From: the human T2T-CHM13v2.0 reference genome, Homo sapiens
NCBI RefSeq assembly: GCF_009914755.1
Contig: NC_060927.1
Reading direction: 5' to 3' (one strand)
Length of the DNA stretch: 64,000 nt
The position numbers and the translations under genes were made by a program. Numbering within the stretch: the stretch's first letter is position 1; each line of letters begins with the position of its first letter. Below are positions 13,136 to 29,926 of the stretch, piece by piece. The notes under the pieces are model-generated. The model was not told the origin of the DNA and made no database searches. It saw nothing but the letters and a program-made list of their open reading frames with translations.

Positions 13136-13619
13136 TCTCATTTTAAGAAGGCCTTGGTGTTCCAGCCCTGTCCAAAAATTGGAACTCAAGGGCATTATTC
13201 AGGGAAAATCCCAAGTTCTGATTTAGTCTTATTTTCTTTGAAACAATTGTATTCTCCTGACTCTGTATCAGCCTATGGAGCTGTCACCCAGAATTATTGC
13301 CTTCCAGAGGGTCTGTACTATCCCAGATTATCAAGGAAGAGTGTTCTCTTGTGAAGGCTAGAACAAGGGCCTTTATGGGCACCAGTCCTGCCTGTCCTTG
13401 CTACCTGCTCCTTTCCACTCCCATGGCCCAGATCATTAGGGAAAGGGAAAGGTATCACATAGCAGGAGGTATGTTAAAGTCTGATGTGCTGTGCCTTGGA
13501 TTTTTCTGGCAAGTGCTTCCTTCAGATTCTAGAGACAGGAGGAGGCAAAATGTGCTTCTTGCAATACTGAGGCCCCTTGCAAAATCAACTGTGTCCACAG
13601 AAAGGGAAACAGAAATCAC

Positions 13620-13810
13620 TATTACAAGGTACCTACTTTGTGCATTAGTGAGCTCACAGAATTCTTGCTATGAGCTGTGAAGATAAGTATTACTGTCCCT
13701 AGTTCACAAGTAAGGACACAGGCTGAGAATTGTGACATAATCTGTCCAAGTTACACCAAAAGTCAGTGGCAGAGTTGGGACTTGAACCTATGTCACTATA
13801 ATTTGAAAGC
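13620..13810. mobile_element. MIR
   Basis: MIR core motifs (TAAGTATTACTGTCCC, GTCCAAGTTACAC, GTGGCAGAGTTGGGACTTGAACC). Confidence 0.7.
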
Positions 13811-14019
13811 TTCCTTCTGGTCTCATCAAGGTGCGTCTTGGGAACAGTAACCATCTGGCAGTTGATTCATTCATACAAAGGGGTGTTTATTTAAAAATCA
13901 CCCTCAGGAGAAGCTGTCTGTTTCCTATGGCTATGGGTTTTGTATCTGATTCGGATTGTAGGGACAGTGTAGATGACACAAGACCACTTGTGTCATCCCC
14001 CTTCAGAGCACTTGAGCAC

Positions 14020-14135
14020 ACTGGGAAGTGCCTGGGTTTTGGAATCAGAGAAGTTTAAATCCTAGTCTCACAAGTTATTATAGTTGTGTGACCTCAAATA
14101 ACTTTCTTAATGTTTCTGAGCCTCAGCCTTCTTGT
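14020..14135. mobile_element. MIR fragment
   Basis: TTTGGAATCAGA...TGTGTGACCTC...CTGAGCCTCAG. Confidence 0.6.
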
Positions 14136-14399
14136 TAGTTAGAAAAAAAAATTGAAATAGAAAGTCCTGTTGCTGGGGGCAATGTCAATATAAAGCTTCC
14201 TTGCGATGGAGGTAAGGTGCACAGATGCAGACACAGGAGGACCCAGGCCAAGCTGCCATTGACTACCTGATAGTTTGGAAATAGCAAAAATAACATAATT
14301 GGAGAGGGACTGTGAGTAACCAATATGAGCCCTGGATCTGGATAGAAGTTGAGTTCAGAGGGAGAGAGATTTAAAAAAATAAACCTTACTCAAGGTGAT

Positions 14400-14875
14400 C
14401 CTGTAAATACAAATCCTAAAACCTAAGAGACAATCTAATGCTAAGAAAGATTGAAAATTGTAAGCTGAATCCACTCCAAATGACATAAAAATAACAGATA
14501 ATGTGAAAATTATGTATGTAAAGATATATTTAGGATTCTCAAAGAGATAAAGACATCCAGGAACAAAATAGAAACTTATGAAATTAAACTGGCATAATGA
14601 AACAGGACAAGTGGATATGAAAATGAGTAATTTGAAATCCTAGAAATATGAACAAAAAATACTAAAATTAAAATATTAACGGGATTAACTTAACACTGGA
14701 AGCTGCTGAAGAAGGAACTCATTAATTGGAAGGTAGGCTTGAATTTATTTGGAACACAGCACAAAAAGTTTATAATAGAAAAGGGCAATTAGGGACACGG
14801 AGAGACTTTGAAGTGTGTTAAATAGATTTTCAGAAAAAGAAAATAAAGGAAATGGCAGAACAATTAAGTAAACAT
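14400..14875 (+). mobile_element. Ancient L1 ORF1-like fragment
   Basis: A-rich, degenerate ORF1-type sequence. Confidence 0.45.
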
Positions 14876-14879
14876 ATTA

Positions 14880-15964
14880 AAAATAAAAACATAGGTATAA
14901 ATGTTTATGACTTCAGATTGGGCAATAGTTTCTTAGAAATGACATCAAAGGCACAAGCAACAAAAGTTGATAACTTGAAAATCAATAAACTAAAAATTTA
15001 TGTGTGTCAAAGGACACACCAAGAAAAGGGGAAAATTTTTGCCAATAATGTTGAATAAGAGACTTAAACCTAGCAAGACTATGTAAAGAAATACTATTAA
15101 ATAATAAAAAGACAAATAACACAATTTAAAAATGGGCGAAGGATCTGAAAAGACTTTTGTCCAAATAAGATACACAAATATCCAAAAAAAAAAAAAAAGC
15201 TCAATGTTAGCCATCAGGGAAATGCAAATCAAAATCACAATGAGATATCAGTTCACATCCACTGGGATGGCAATAATAAAGAAGACAGGTAATTACAAAT
15301 GTTGGTGAGAATGTGGAGAAATTAGAGCCCTCATACACTGCTAGTGAAATGTAAAGTGATGCAGCCACTTTGGAAAACAGTCCAGCAGTTCCTCAACAGA
15401 TTAAAAGACTAGCTTCCATATGACCTAAAAATTTTACTTCTAGGTATATACTTCACTCCAAGGTAAAATGGAGGTATATATTCACACAAATATCTTGTAT
15501 ATGAATGTTTATAGCAGCATTACTCATAATAGCCAAAATGTGGAAGCAACCCAAATGTTTATCAACCAATAAATGAATAAATAAAATGTGGTACATCTAT
15601 ACAGTGGAGTATTATGTGGCAATGGAAAAGAATGAAGTACTGTTACATGCTAGAGCATCGGTAAATCTTGAAAACATTATGCTAAGTGAAAGCAGTCAGT
15701 CACAAAAAAATTGCATAACATATGATTCCATTTATAAGAAGTGTCCAGAACAGGCAAATCCACAGAATGACAGAAAGTAGATATGGTTTGCTTAGGGATA
15801 GGATGGAGAAGTTGAGGAGAAATAAATAGGGGCTGCTATAGGTAGCAGCCTTTTGGGGGTGATGACATGTTCTAAAATAAATTGGGATGATGGTTGTACC
15901 ATTCCACAAATATATTAAAACTATTGAATTGTACATTATGAATGGGTAAATTGTATAAGAATTA
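14880..15964 (+). mobile_element. L1MB-type ORF2 3' end and 3' UTR
   Basis: ORF 15586..15780 WYIYTVEYY...NLENIMLSE; GGGAAATGCAAATCAAAATCACAATGAGATA. Confidence 0.85.
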
Positions 15965-15973
15965 TAACTTAGT

Positions 15974-16229
15974 TTTTTAGGTTTTTAAAGTTTTTAAATT
16001 TGAACTTTTATTGATGGCTCAGGGGTGCTTGTGCAGGTTTGTTACATGGGGAACTTGTGTGTCACAGGGGCAGATCTTTGATCCTCACTCTCCTCTGTCA
16101 AGTAGGCCTGTGTCTGTTGTTCCCTTCTTTGTGTACTTATGTCCTCAATGTTTAGCTTCCACTTATAACATGAGAACATGCGGTATTTGGTTTTATGTTC
16201 CCGTGTGATACTGGCCTCTAGCTTCATTC
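15974..16229 (-). mobile_element. Short L1PA13-16-type 3' end with internal deletions
   Basis: GTGCAGGTTTGTTACATGGG and GAGAACATGCGGTATTTGGTTTT; TSD TAACTTAGT at 15965-15973 and 16230-16238. Confidence 0.8.
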
Positions 16230-16266
16230 TAACTTAGTATTTTTTATTTTAAAAAAAGTGAACAAG

Positions 16267-16396
16267 AATAATGTAAACAAACAAACAAAAACTAGCTTAA
16301 ATAATGTAAACATTATTAATAATTAATAATTATTAGCATAATTAATAATTAATAACATTATTATAATTAATAATGTAAACAACAAACAAAAACTAG
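16267..16396. repeat. AT-rich quasi-palindrome bracketed by a ~29-bp direct repeat
   Basis: AATAATGTAAACAA(A)CAAACAAAAACTAG at 16267 and 16369, with inner (TAAT/ATTA)n. Confidence 0.75.
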
Positions 16397-16399
16397 TCT

Positions 16400-17100
16400 A
16401 AATCTTTCAAACCAGCTAAGGAGAAAAAGGAAAGAATAAGGAAAACTCTATCAATTCAACAGGAGGCAAAAAGAAGCAAGAAAGGAAATTAGAAGAATCA
16501 AAGAAGCAAATAAACAAAAAATTACCTGGTAATAATTAAATCTAAATATATTCACATTCATAAGCTTAAAATCATCTATCAAAATATGGCAACAACAATA
16601 ACCAATATCACTGTTACAAATAGTAAAAGTCAAACTTTTTGTTGTTCATTAAAAACATCCTTAATACAAAATCACAGAGAACACAGTATTTGCAAATAAA
16701 GAAATGGGCAAGCTATACCTATAAATGTAAATAAAAGAAAGAAAGTTGTGTAACATTTCCAACATGAAGAAAATTGAATTTAATAGTGTATTATTAGGAA
16801 TAAAAAGGGACTCTACATATTGATTACATATTCCACAAAGAAAATATAACAATCATGAATATATAAGTCATAATATATTTAGACAATGAAATACATCGCG
16901 ACAATTAAAACGAATGAGCTAGGTCTTCATAAATCTTAAAAATGCATTATTGAGTGGAAAAACAAGATACATCTCAAAACATAAAGAACGATACTTTATG
17001 TGTACTTTTATATAAGTTCTAGAACATAGAACAATGTATCTTATATATGGATAAATATATAGTCCACAGTTTTTATAATTGTATGACATATTTTATGCTT
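16400..17100 (+). mobile_element. Ancient L1ME fragments
   Basis: Degenerate ORF2-start-like and 3'-UTR-like A-rich sequence. Confidence 0.45.
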
Positions 17101-17249
17101 AAATTAACGCTTAAATTCATTTTTCTGCTCCTTTAATCTAGGAATTGCAGGGAATAAAGGAAGTATTTTACTCCTTCATAGTATCTGAATTTGTGTAGTT
17201 TTTACCAATGGAAGCTAAATCCACACTTGGGTTCAAATTCCAGAAAATA

Positions 17250-18040
17250 TACAGGATGCCTACAATATTCCTGGTCTGTTGTTTTATATTGGGAATAGGA
17301 AGATGAATGAGATACAGCCCCTGCCCTGAGGGACCTTCCAGAATGAGGGATAATAAAAGATAAACAACAATGTGATGTGACAGATGGAGGGATGAAAAAG
17401 TTCAGAGAGAACATACCCATCTCTCTCTGTGGGCTTTCTGGAGGAGGTGCCTCCTGCAGGAGTTTGAAAGAATGGGTGTCGCTCTTCAGATGAAAGTGAT
17501 AGGTGAGGCTGGTGGGAACAAAAGCATGCAGCCAGATCAGCAAGGTCTGTGTGGGCACCCCACGTGGTTTGGGCATGAAGTTCAGGGAATGGATGGCATA
17601 GGTGGAGAGTATGCCTGGCCAGAGAGATGGGCAGGGGAAGATCACTGAGGACAATGTAGGCATGCCAAAGAACTGGAACTTGAACATAGGGGAAAACAGG
17701 AGCCACCACAGGGTTTTTTTGTTGTTGTTGATTGTTTGTTTGTTTGTTTTTTTAAGCAGGGCAGGAACATGACCAGATTTCTGTTTTAGATACTTCATCC
17801 AGACAGCCAGGTGGAAGAGTCAGACTCAGAGCCAGGAAGTGACTCAGAGAGGGGGAAGATCTGAGGCAGAACCTGGGGTTGGAGAAGTAGATACACCTAA
17901 GGAGATTTAGTAAGATTGGCATGAGATGGTGAGGAATTTGGAAATACAGCCAGGTTGGGGCTTGGTTGATTAGGAGGGGGTGATCTACAGGGTTTGGGGT
18001 GGGTGGATGTGTGAAGACAATTATGGGTTCATTTTCTGAT
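17250..18040 (-). mobile_element. L2 LINE
   Basis: CAGCCCCTGCCCTGAGG, CTTTCTGGAGGAGGTG, TTTTAAGCAGGGCAGGAACATGACCAGATTTCTGTTTTAGA. Confidence 0.75.
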
Positions 18041-19636
18041 GCTTCATGGCTCTGAAGGCCACCAAGGAGTTCAGTCAACCCCCTCATTCTCATGACTGTG
18101 GACTGTGCAATTTATCCAGGTCATTGACAAAAAGTGTGGGAAGAAATGATTCGTAAATTATTTCAGCTTGTGGCTTTTTGATATTTCCTTGTAATAATTA
18201 TCTTGAATTCACATTATCTGCTTTATGACAAGGAACACTGACACAAGGATTGCACTGCAAAGTTAAGCATTGCTGAATTGTATTGAAATAAGAGGATTGC
18301 TAATGTGTATTCCTGACATTTTAGCAGTATCAAATCTGATTTCATCACATTTACAAGGTACTATGAGCTGGGACCCAGAGGCGGTGTGTTATCATCGCCT
18401 AACATAGTGTTCCTTAATTATCAGCACTCTCACACTTCCTGCATAGCAGATTGGAATTGCTAGAAATAGCACAAACTTGAAAATTAGCGTTTTTCTCTTA
18501 AATAATCAGGATGCTATATTTATGGTTTTTATGGGATTGGTGTCTTCACGAAGGTAAACTAATTTCACACTCAAAGGTGAGGTATTTTTCTCCCTTCTTT
18601 TACTCCCCCATTTTCTAGAGTCTATTTTTTCAGTTTCTCAAAATTCATGAATAATCCTCTTCATTTCCCCCCTCCCCAAAAGGGTGTTTCTGCACTTGGC
18701 TTGCCCTTGTGATAATTCACTATGTTGGCAATGAGCCCATGAAGAAATGGAAGATTTTGCTCTTCTTTACAGTTACTCATCAGCCTGTGACATTAGCAAT
18801 ACTTGATCAAATGAATTGCACAATTTTTAAACTTCAAGAAAAGTCCAAATGCCTTGTCTAGTTCACTGAGTTCTGAATCACATATATACTACTGCCCATC
18901 TACTGACAATTGAGTGGAAAAGGAAAAGAGAAGTGAGAGAAAATTAAACAAGGACTAATGAATGGGTAGAATTCTGAGTGGTCTTTGGCACAGAAGTGCA
19001 GTAGATGTATTCAATGTAATGAGGTTTCCTCCACATGTAGATCATTTTTCTTCCCCTGTACCACCTTATCCTGCAGCACAGGCACATGATTCCCTATGGG
19101 GAGCCCCATGCAGGCCCACTTCTCCAATATGGATCCCTGGTGTAGAATCCCTCTCCTATCAGATTAAAACTGCCATCTTGCATTTAGATTGATACTGCCA
19201 ATCTTAGAAAGTAAAATTTTGGAGCCAATTAATCCTCCAATATAAATGGAGAGTGTTCAGCATGCTAGTGATTCTCATTACGGGAATTTCAGGAAGTGTG
19301 AAGAGGTAAAGTGTGGAATCTGAAGTCCTGGGAAAAACAAAGTATTCAAGGTTTTGGATGCCTTTCCAGAGTTCCAGAAGCTTTTAGTTATGCTGTCTGT
19401 TCATAAGGCCAACCTTGGAAGAATGCACAGCCAGTACTGTCAGCATCACTCAAGTTGTACTCTCTTGTTATACTTCTGTGGTGAGCTTTGCATTGAATGA
19501 CAGGTTCTTTCTGGCAAAGACATTGTAAACTTGAGGGAAGAAGTGTAGCTAATACATCTTTGTTTTTGCAATGTTGTAGCTGTGCACAGTGCCTGACTGT
19601 TGTGGGTGTTTGGTAAATTGATTCTGATAATAGACA

Positions 19637-19740
19637 AGGAGAGAGAAATAGAGCAAGAGTGAGAGTGAGAGCGAGAGCGAGAGCGAGAGAGAGAGAAAAC
19701 AGAGAGACGGAATGACAGAAACAGAACAGGGATGGGAAAG
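19637..19740. repeat. GA-rich simple repeat, (GAGAGT/GAGAGC)n grading into (GA)n
   Basis: Direct observation. Confidence 0.8.
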
Positions 19741-19762
19741 ATATAAGAAATGTTAAAATAGG

Positions 19763-20057
19763 GGCCAGGCTCAGTGGCTCATGATGTAATCTTAGCACTT
19801 TGAGAGGCTGAGACGAATGGATCACCTGAGGCCAGGAGTTCAAGACCAGCCTGGCCAAAAGTGGTAAAACCCCGTCTCTATTAAAAATACAAAAAGTACC
19901 CAGGCATGGTGGTGCGCACCTGTAATCCCAGTTACTCAGGAGGCTGAGGCGGGAGAATTGCTTGAACCTTGGAGGAGGATGTTGCAGTGAGTGGAGATTG
20001 CACCACTGAACTCCAGCCTGGGTGACAAAGTGAGACTCTGTCTAAAGAAAAAAAAAA
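19763..20057 (+). mobile_element. AluS
   Basis: Full dimer with GGATCACCTGAGG; TSD GTTAAAATA on both sides. Confidence 0.95.
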
Positions 20058-20384
20058 GTTAAAATAATACTTAGCTGAAAAGAAGGAAGAAGAGGCTCAA
20101 AGGCACATAAAAACTAAAATGTAAAACAAAAGAGAAATTTAGAATTCTAGGTTTTTAGGCTTAGGGTAGAAAGAGATTTTAGAGGGCACTGAAGTCTGCT
20201 CCCATCTGAAGCCAGATTTCTGTGTCCTTGGATCATAGGAGGCTTTGTCTGTCTGGTATCATTAAGAAGTCAGCAAGGCTGGGTGGTCAGACATGATCTC
20301 CTTGAAGGTGGTGAACAGTGTAGGTGTTGGGCACTGGCCTGTGATGTAAGGCCTCCACATAGGGAATCACAACCCTGAAGGGAG

Positions 20385-20640
20385 ACTGTTGTGAATTTTG
20401 ACTGGTTTTACCACCTGGCATCATGTCTTCTTTCAAGGAAAATGACTCCAATTTACTACTGGAAGACCACCCCTCTCCATTCTCAGGCTAGATGCTGTAG
20501 GTAGTGGCTTGGTCGGTCACAGTAATGCATTCCCCTGGCTGCTGTGAGTGGTTCAAGGATGGGCACACAACCCAATCCCAATCCAGGAGAAGAAAACACA
20601 AACTTGGCACTTTTTGGAGCTGTTAGGAAAGAAGACCACC
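20385..20640 (+). mobile_element. ERVL LTR16-type fragment
   Basis: CCACCCCTCTCCATTCTCAG, CCCCTGGC, GTGGTTCAAGGATGGGCAC...ACCCAAT. Confidence 0.55.
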
Positions 20641-22054
20641 AACTCCAAATTTTCCTAAACATAAAAAATGCCGTCTAGTTTCTTCTGGCATGGTGGAGTA
20701 AAGAGACTCATGAATCCTCTGTTCAGAATACAACTAACAAACTGAAAATCATTATCAAAAACAACCATTTCAGAGGTCTGGAAATTGACCAGAGGCAAAC
20801 AACATATTGAGAGGTGTTTATTCATGTAAAAACCGCTGAGCTTCAGATAAGAAGGGTAGAGTATGTGGCATTCCTGCCGGGGACTACTTTATTTCTTATT
20901 TCCCTTCCCTTAAGCTTAGTATCCAAAGTGGTTCTACCAGGGTGGGGTGGGGCACAGATACTAGAAGCTTAGCCATAACTGGGAAAAAATATTTGCAAAT
21001 CATGGTATGCAAAGGATTTGTATTCAAAATATGTAACGAATACTTACAATCAAATAATAAGAAAGCAAGCAACCCAATTTAAAAACAGGTAAAAATTTGA
21101 ATTAGATGTTTTACCAAGGAGATATACAAATGGCTAATATGCGCATGATAAGGTGCTCAGCATCATTAGTCATTAGGGAAATGAAGTTTTAAGCCACAAT
21201 AAGATATCATTACACACCTGCTAGGATGGCTATAATCAAAATGGCAAAAATCAAGGCAATCCTAAGCAAAAAGAACAAAGCAGGAGGCATCGTGCTGCCT
21301 GACTTCAAACTGTACTGCAGGGCTACAGTAACTAAAACAGCATGGTACTGGTACAAGAACAGACACACCGACCAATGAAACAGAATAGAGAGCTCAGAAA
21401 TTAGACTGCACACCTACAACTGTCTGATATTTGACAAACCTGACAAAAACAAGCAATGGGGAAAGGATGCCCTATTCAATAAAAATGGTACTGGGATAAC
21501 TGGCTAGCCATATGCAGAAAACTGAAACTGGATCCCTTCCCCACACCATATATTAAAATTAACTCGACAGATTAAAGAGTTAAATGTAAAATCCCAAACT
21601 ATAGAAACCCTGGAAGACAACCTAGGCAATGCTATTCAAGACATAGGGACAGGCGAAGATTTCATGATGAAGATGCCAAAGCAATTGCAACAAAAACAAA
21701 CATTGATAAGTGGGATCTAATTAAACTAAAGAGCTTCTGCACAGCAAAAGAAACACAGTAAACAGACAACCTACACAATGGGAGAATATTTTTGCAAACT
21801 ATTGCATCTGACGAAGGTCTAATATCCAGCATCTATAAGGAATTTAAACTGACAAGAAAAAGAACTAATAACCCCACTAAAAATTGGGCAAAGGACATGA
21901 GCAACACGTTTCAAAAGAAGACATACATGCAGCAAACAATCATATGAAAAAAAGATCAACATCACTTATCATTAGAGAAATGCAAATCAAAACTACAATG
22001 ATATACTATCTCACATCAGTCAGAATGGCTACTATTAAAAAGTCAAAAAATATC

Positions 22055-22244
<190 letters not shown>

Positions 22245-22388
22245 TTATATACTGTTGGTGGGAGTGTAAATTAGTTCAACCATTGTGGAAGACAGTGTGA
22301 CGATTTCTCCAAGACCTAAAGACAGGAATACCATTTGACCCAACAATCCCACTACTGGATGTATACCCAAAGGAATAAAAATCATTCA

Positions 22389-22678
<290 letters not shown>

Positions 22679-23323
22679 TGAATATAAATCATTCTATTAT
22701 AAAGGCACACATGAGCATGTTTACTGCAGCACTATTCACAATAGCAAAGACATGGAATCAACCTAAATGTATTCATATGCATAGTATTCTACGGTGTATT
22801 CTTGATAGACTGGATAAAGAAAATGTGGTACATATACACCATAGAATACCATGCAGCCATCAAAAAAACGAATGAGGGCATGTACTTTGCAGAGACATGG
22901 ATGGAGCTGGAGGCCATTATCCTTAGCAAACTAACACAGGAACAGAAAACCAAATAGAGCATGTTCTCATTTATAAGCGGGAGCTAAATGAGAACACATG
23001 GACACATAGAGGGGAACAACACTCACTGGGGCCTATCAGAAGGTGAAAGGTGGCAGGAGAGAGAGGACCAGGAAAAATAATGATGGATACTAGGCTTTAT
23101 TCCTGGTTGATGAAATAATCTATATAACAAACCCCCATAACACACATTTACCTATGTAACAAACTTGCATATTCTGCTCATGTACCCCTGAACTTAAAAT
23201 AAGTTTTAAAAATGGCAAAGTCAAGTGCTGGAGAAGGTGTGGAGAAACAAATCCTTGTACATTACTGGTAGAAAAGTAGGCAGACTTTGGAAAACAGTTT
23301 GGCACTTAAAAAAATTAAACATG

Positions 23324-23819
<496 letters not shown>

Positions 23820-23942
23820 CTATACAATGAAATATTATTCAGCAACAAAAATGATATTCTGATACATGCTACAGCATGGATGAACCTTGAAAATGTTATG
23901 CTAAATGAAAGAAGCCAGATACAAAACACTATAAGTTATTTA

Positions 23943-24006
23943 TTAGGTTGTTATTTATTACTTTCATTGAATGGCAAAAATCACAATTATGTTTGCAGCA
24001 ACCTAA
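23943..24006. mobile_element. MADE1 (Hsmar1 MITE), left arm partly deleted
   Basis: TA|TTAGGTTG...ATGGCAAAAATCACAATTATGTTTGCAGCAACCTAA|TA. Confidence 0.8.
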
Positions 24007-24475
24007 TATTTCTATTTATATAAAATGTCCTAAAAGGGAAAATCAGTAGCGACAGAAAGCAGGTCAATGGTTGTCTGGATCTGGGGATGGGAGCAGAGAT
24101 TGATTACAAACAGGCACCAGAACGTTTTTAGATAGAGAAACAAGTTCTAAAATTAAATTATGGTCCTGGTTGCATGACTCTAAAAATTTGCTAAAAATAT
24201 TCAATTGCACACTTACAATAAGTGAATTTTATGGTATTAAATTATACCTCAATAAAGTTGTAAAAAAAAGGAAGAGATGCCTAGCTTCACTAGTGGTAAG
24301 AGACATGCAAAGTAAAGGACCTGATAAATAACATTTTTCACCTATCAGATTGTCAAAAATAGTAAAGAGTTAAATCATGTATCACTAGTAAATATGCAGG
24401 AAAAAGTGGAAGTAATAATTATTTCAGCTTTTAAATAAAGAAACATGGAAATAACTTTTAAATTTAAAAACACCT

Positions 24476-24648
24476 GGCAGGGTACAGTGGCTCACACCTG
24501 TAACCCTAGCACTCTGGGAGGCCGGCGTGGAAGGATTGCTTGAGCCCAGCAGTTTAGGCTCCAGAGAGCTATGATTGTGCTACTGCACTCCAGCCTATGC
24601 AAAAGGACAACACCTTGTCTCTTAAAACCAAACCAAACCAAACCAAAA
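24476..24648 (+). mobile_element. Free Alu monomer (FRAM/FAM-like) with (AAACC)n tail
   Basis: Single monomer with GGATTGCTTGAGCCCAG...GAGCTATGATTGTG; flanking AAAAC(AC)ACCT. Confidence 0.85.
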
Positions 24649-24728
24649 CACACCTATGTTCTTTGGCTCTGGAATCCCACATCTTGAAATTTATCCCATA
24701 GGAAGATACAGCAGTAAGTATACATTTT

Positions 24729-24825
24729 TTTTTTAACAGGCAAGGAAGACTTTATTCAAGACTATTTCAATAGAGGAGACAAACTGAACTCAACTTCCTC
24801 AAAACAAAGGGCTGGAGAGTTCTTC
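24729..24825 (-). other. L1 3'-transduced segment (~90 bp, LTR-like) with its own AATAAA and second poly(A)
   Basis: Non-L1 sequence between two poly(T) runs inside the TSD; TTTATT at 24751-24756 lies 16 nt from the outer tail. Confidence 0.85.
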
Positions 24826-25033
24826 TTTTTTTTTTTTTTAAGTTGTGGGATACATGTGCTGAGCCTACAGGTTTGTTACATAGGTATACATGTGCCATGG
24901 TGGTTTGCTGCACCTATCAACTTGTCATTTACATTAGGTATTTCTCCTAATGCTATCCCTCCCCCAGACCCTGACCCTATGACAGGCCCTGGTGTGTGAT
25001 GTTCCCTGACCTGTGTCCAAGTGTTCTCATTGT

Positions 25034-28852
<3,819 letters not shown>

Positions 28853-28915
28853 TATGATGTTAGCTGGTTATTTTGCCCGTTAGTTGATGCAGTTTCTCCC
28901 TTGCATCAATGGTCT

Positions 28916-29926
28916 TTACAATTTGGCATGTTTTTGCAGTGGCTGATATTGGTTGTTCCTTTCCATGTTTAGTGCTTCCTTCAGGAGCTCTTGTAAGGCA
29001 GGCCTGATCGTGACAAAATCTCTCAGCATTTGCTTGTCTGTAAAGGATTTTATTTCTCCTTCTCTTATGAGGCTAAGTTTGGCTGGATATGAAATTGTGG
29101 GTTGAAAATTCTTTTCTTTAAGAATGTTAAATATTGGCCCCACTCTCTTCTGGCTTGTAGAGTTTCTGCTGAGAGATCCGCTGTTAGTCTGATGGGTTTC
29201 CCTTTGTGGGTAACCCGACCTTTCTCTCTGGCTGCCCTTAACATTTTTTCCTTCATTTCAACCTTGGTGAATCTCACAATTATGTGTCTTGGGGTTACTC
29301 TTTTCGAGGAGTATCTTTGTGGTGTTCTCTGTATTTCCTGAATTTGAATATTGGCCTGCCTTGCTAGGTTGGGGAAATTCTCCTGGACAATATCCTGAAG
29401 AGTGTTTTCCATCGTGGTTCCATTTTCCCCGTCACTTTCAGGTACACCAATCAAATGTAGATTTGGTCTTTTCACATACTCCCATATTTCTTGGAGGCTT
29501 TGTTCATTTCTTTTTACTCTTTTTTATCTAAACTTCTCTTCTCACTTTATTTCATTCATTTGATCTTCAATCACTGATACCCTTTCTTCCACTTGATCAG
29601 ATCGGCTACTGAAGCTTGTGCATGCATCACATAGTTCTCGTGCCATGGTTTTCAGCTCCATCAGCTCATTTAAGGTCTTCTCTACATTGTTTATTCTAGT
29701 TAGCCATTTCAAGGTTTTTAGCTTCCTTGCGATGGGTTTGAACATCATCATGTAGCTCAGAGAAGTTTGTTATTACCCACCTTCTGAAGCCTACTTCTGT
29801 GAACTCATCAAAATCATTCTCCTTCCAGCTTTGTTCCATTGGTGGCAAGGAGCTGCGATCCTTTGGAGGAGAAGAGGCTCTCTGGTTTTTAGAATTTTCA
29901 GCTTTTCTGCTCTGGTTTCTCCCCAT
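28916..29926 (-). pseudogene. L1 ORF1 (p40 RNA-binding protein), frameshifted
   Basis: MGRNQSRKAENSKNQ..., KRPNLHLIGVPE, TPRHIIVRFTK, ...PLQKHAKL*. Confidence 0.95.

Noticed and set aside
17202-18093. ORFs of 198, 141 and 113 aa
   Set aside because: They lie in a decayed L2 and a simple repeat, with no recognisable domain.
19388-19858. 156-aa ORF with a hydrophobic LALALALTL stretch
   Set aside because: Translation of an antisense Alu plus a GA microsatellite.
23943-24006. miR-548-type hairpin from MADE1
   Set aside because: The left arm is largely deleted, so the stem cannot form.
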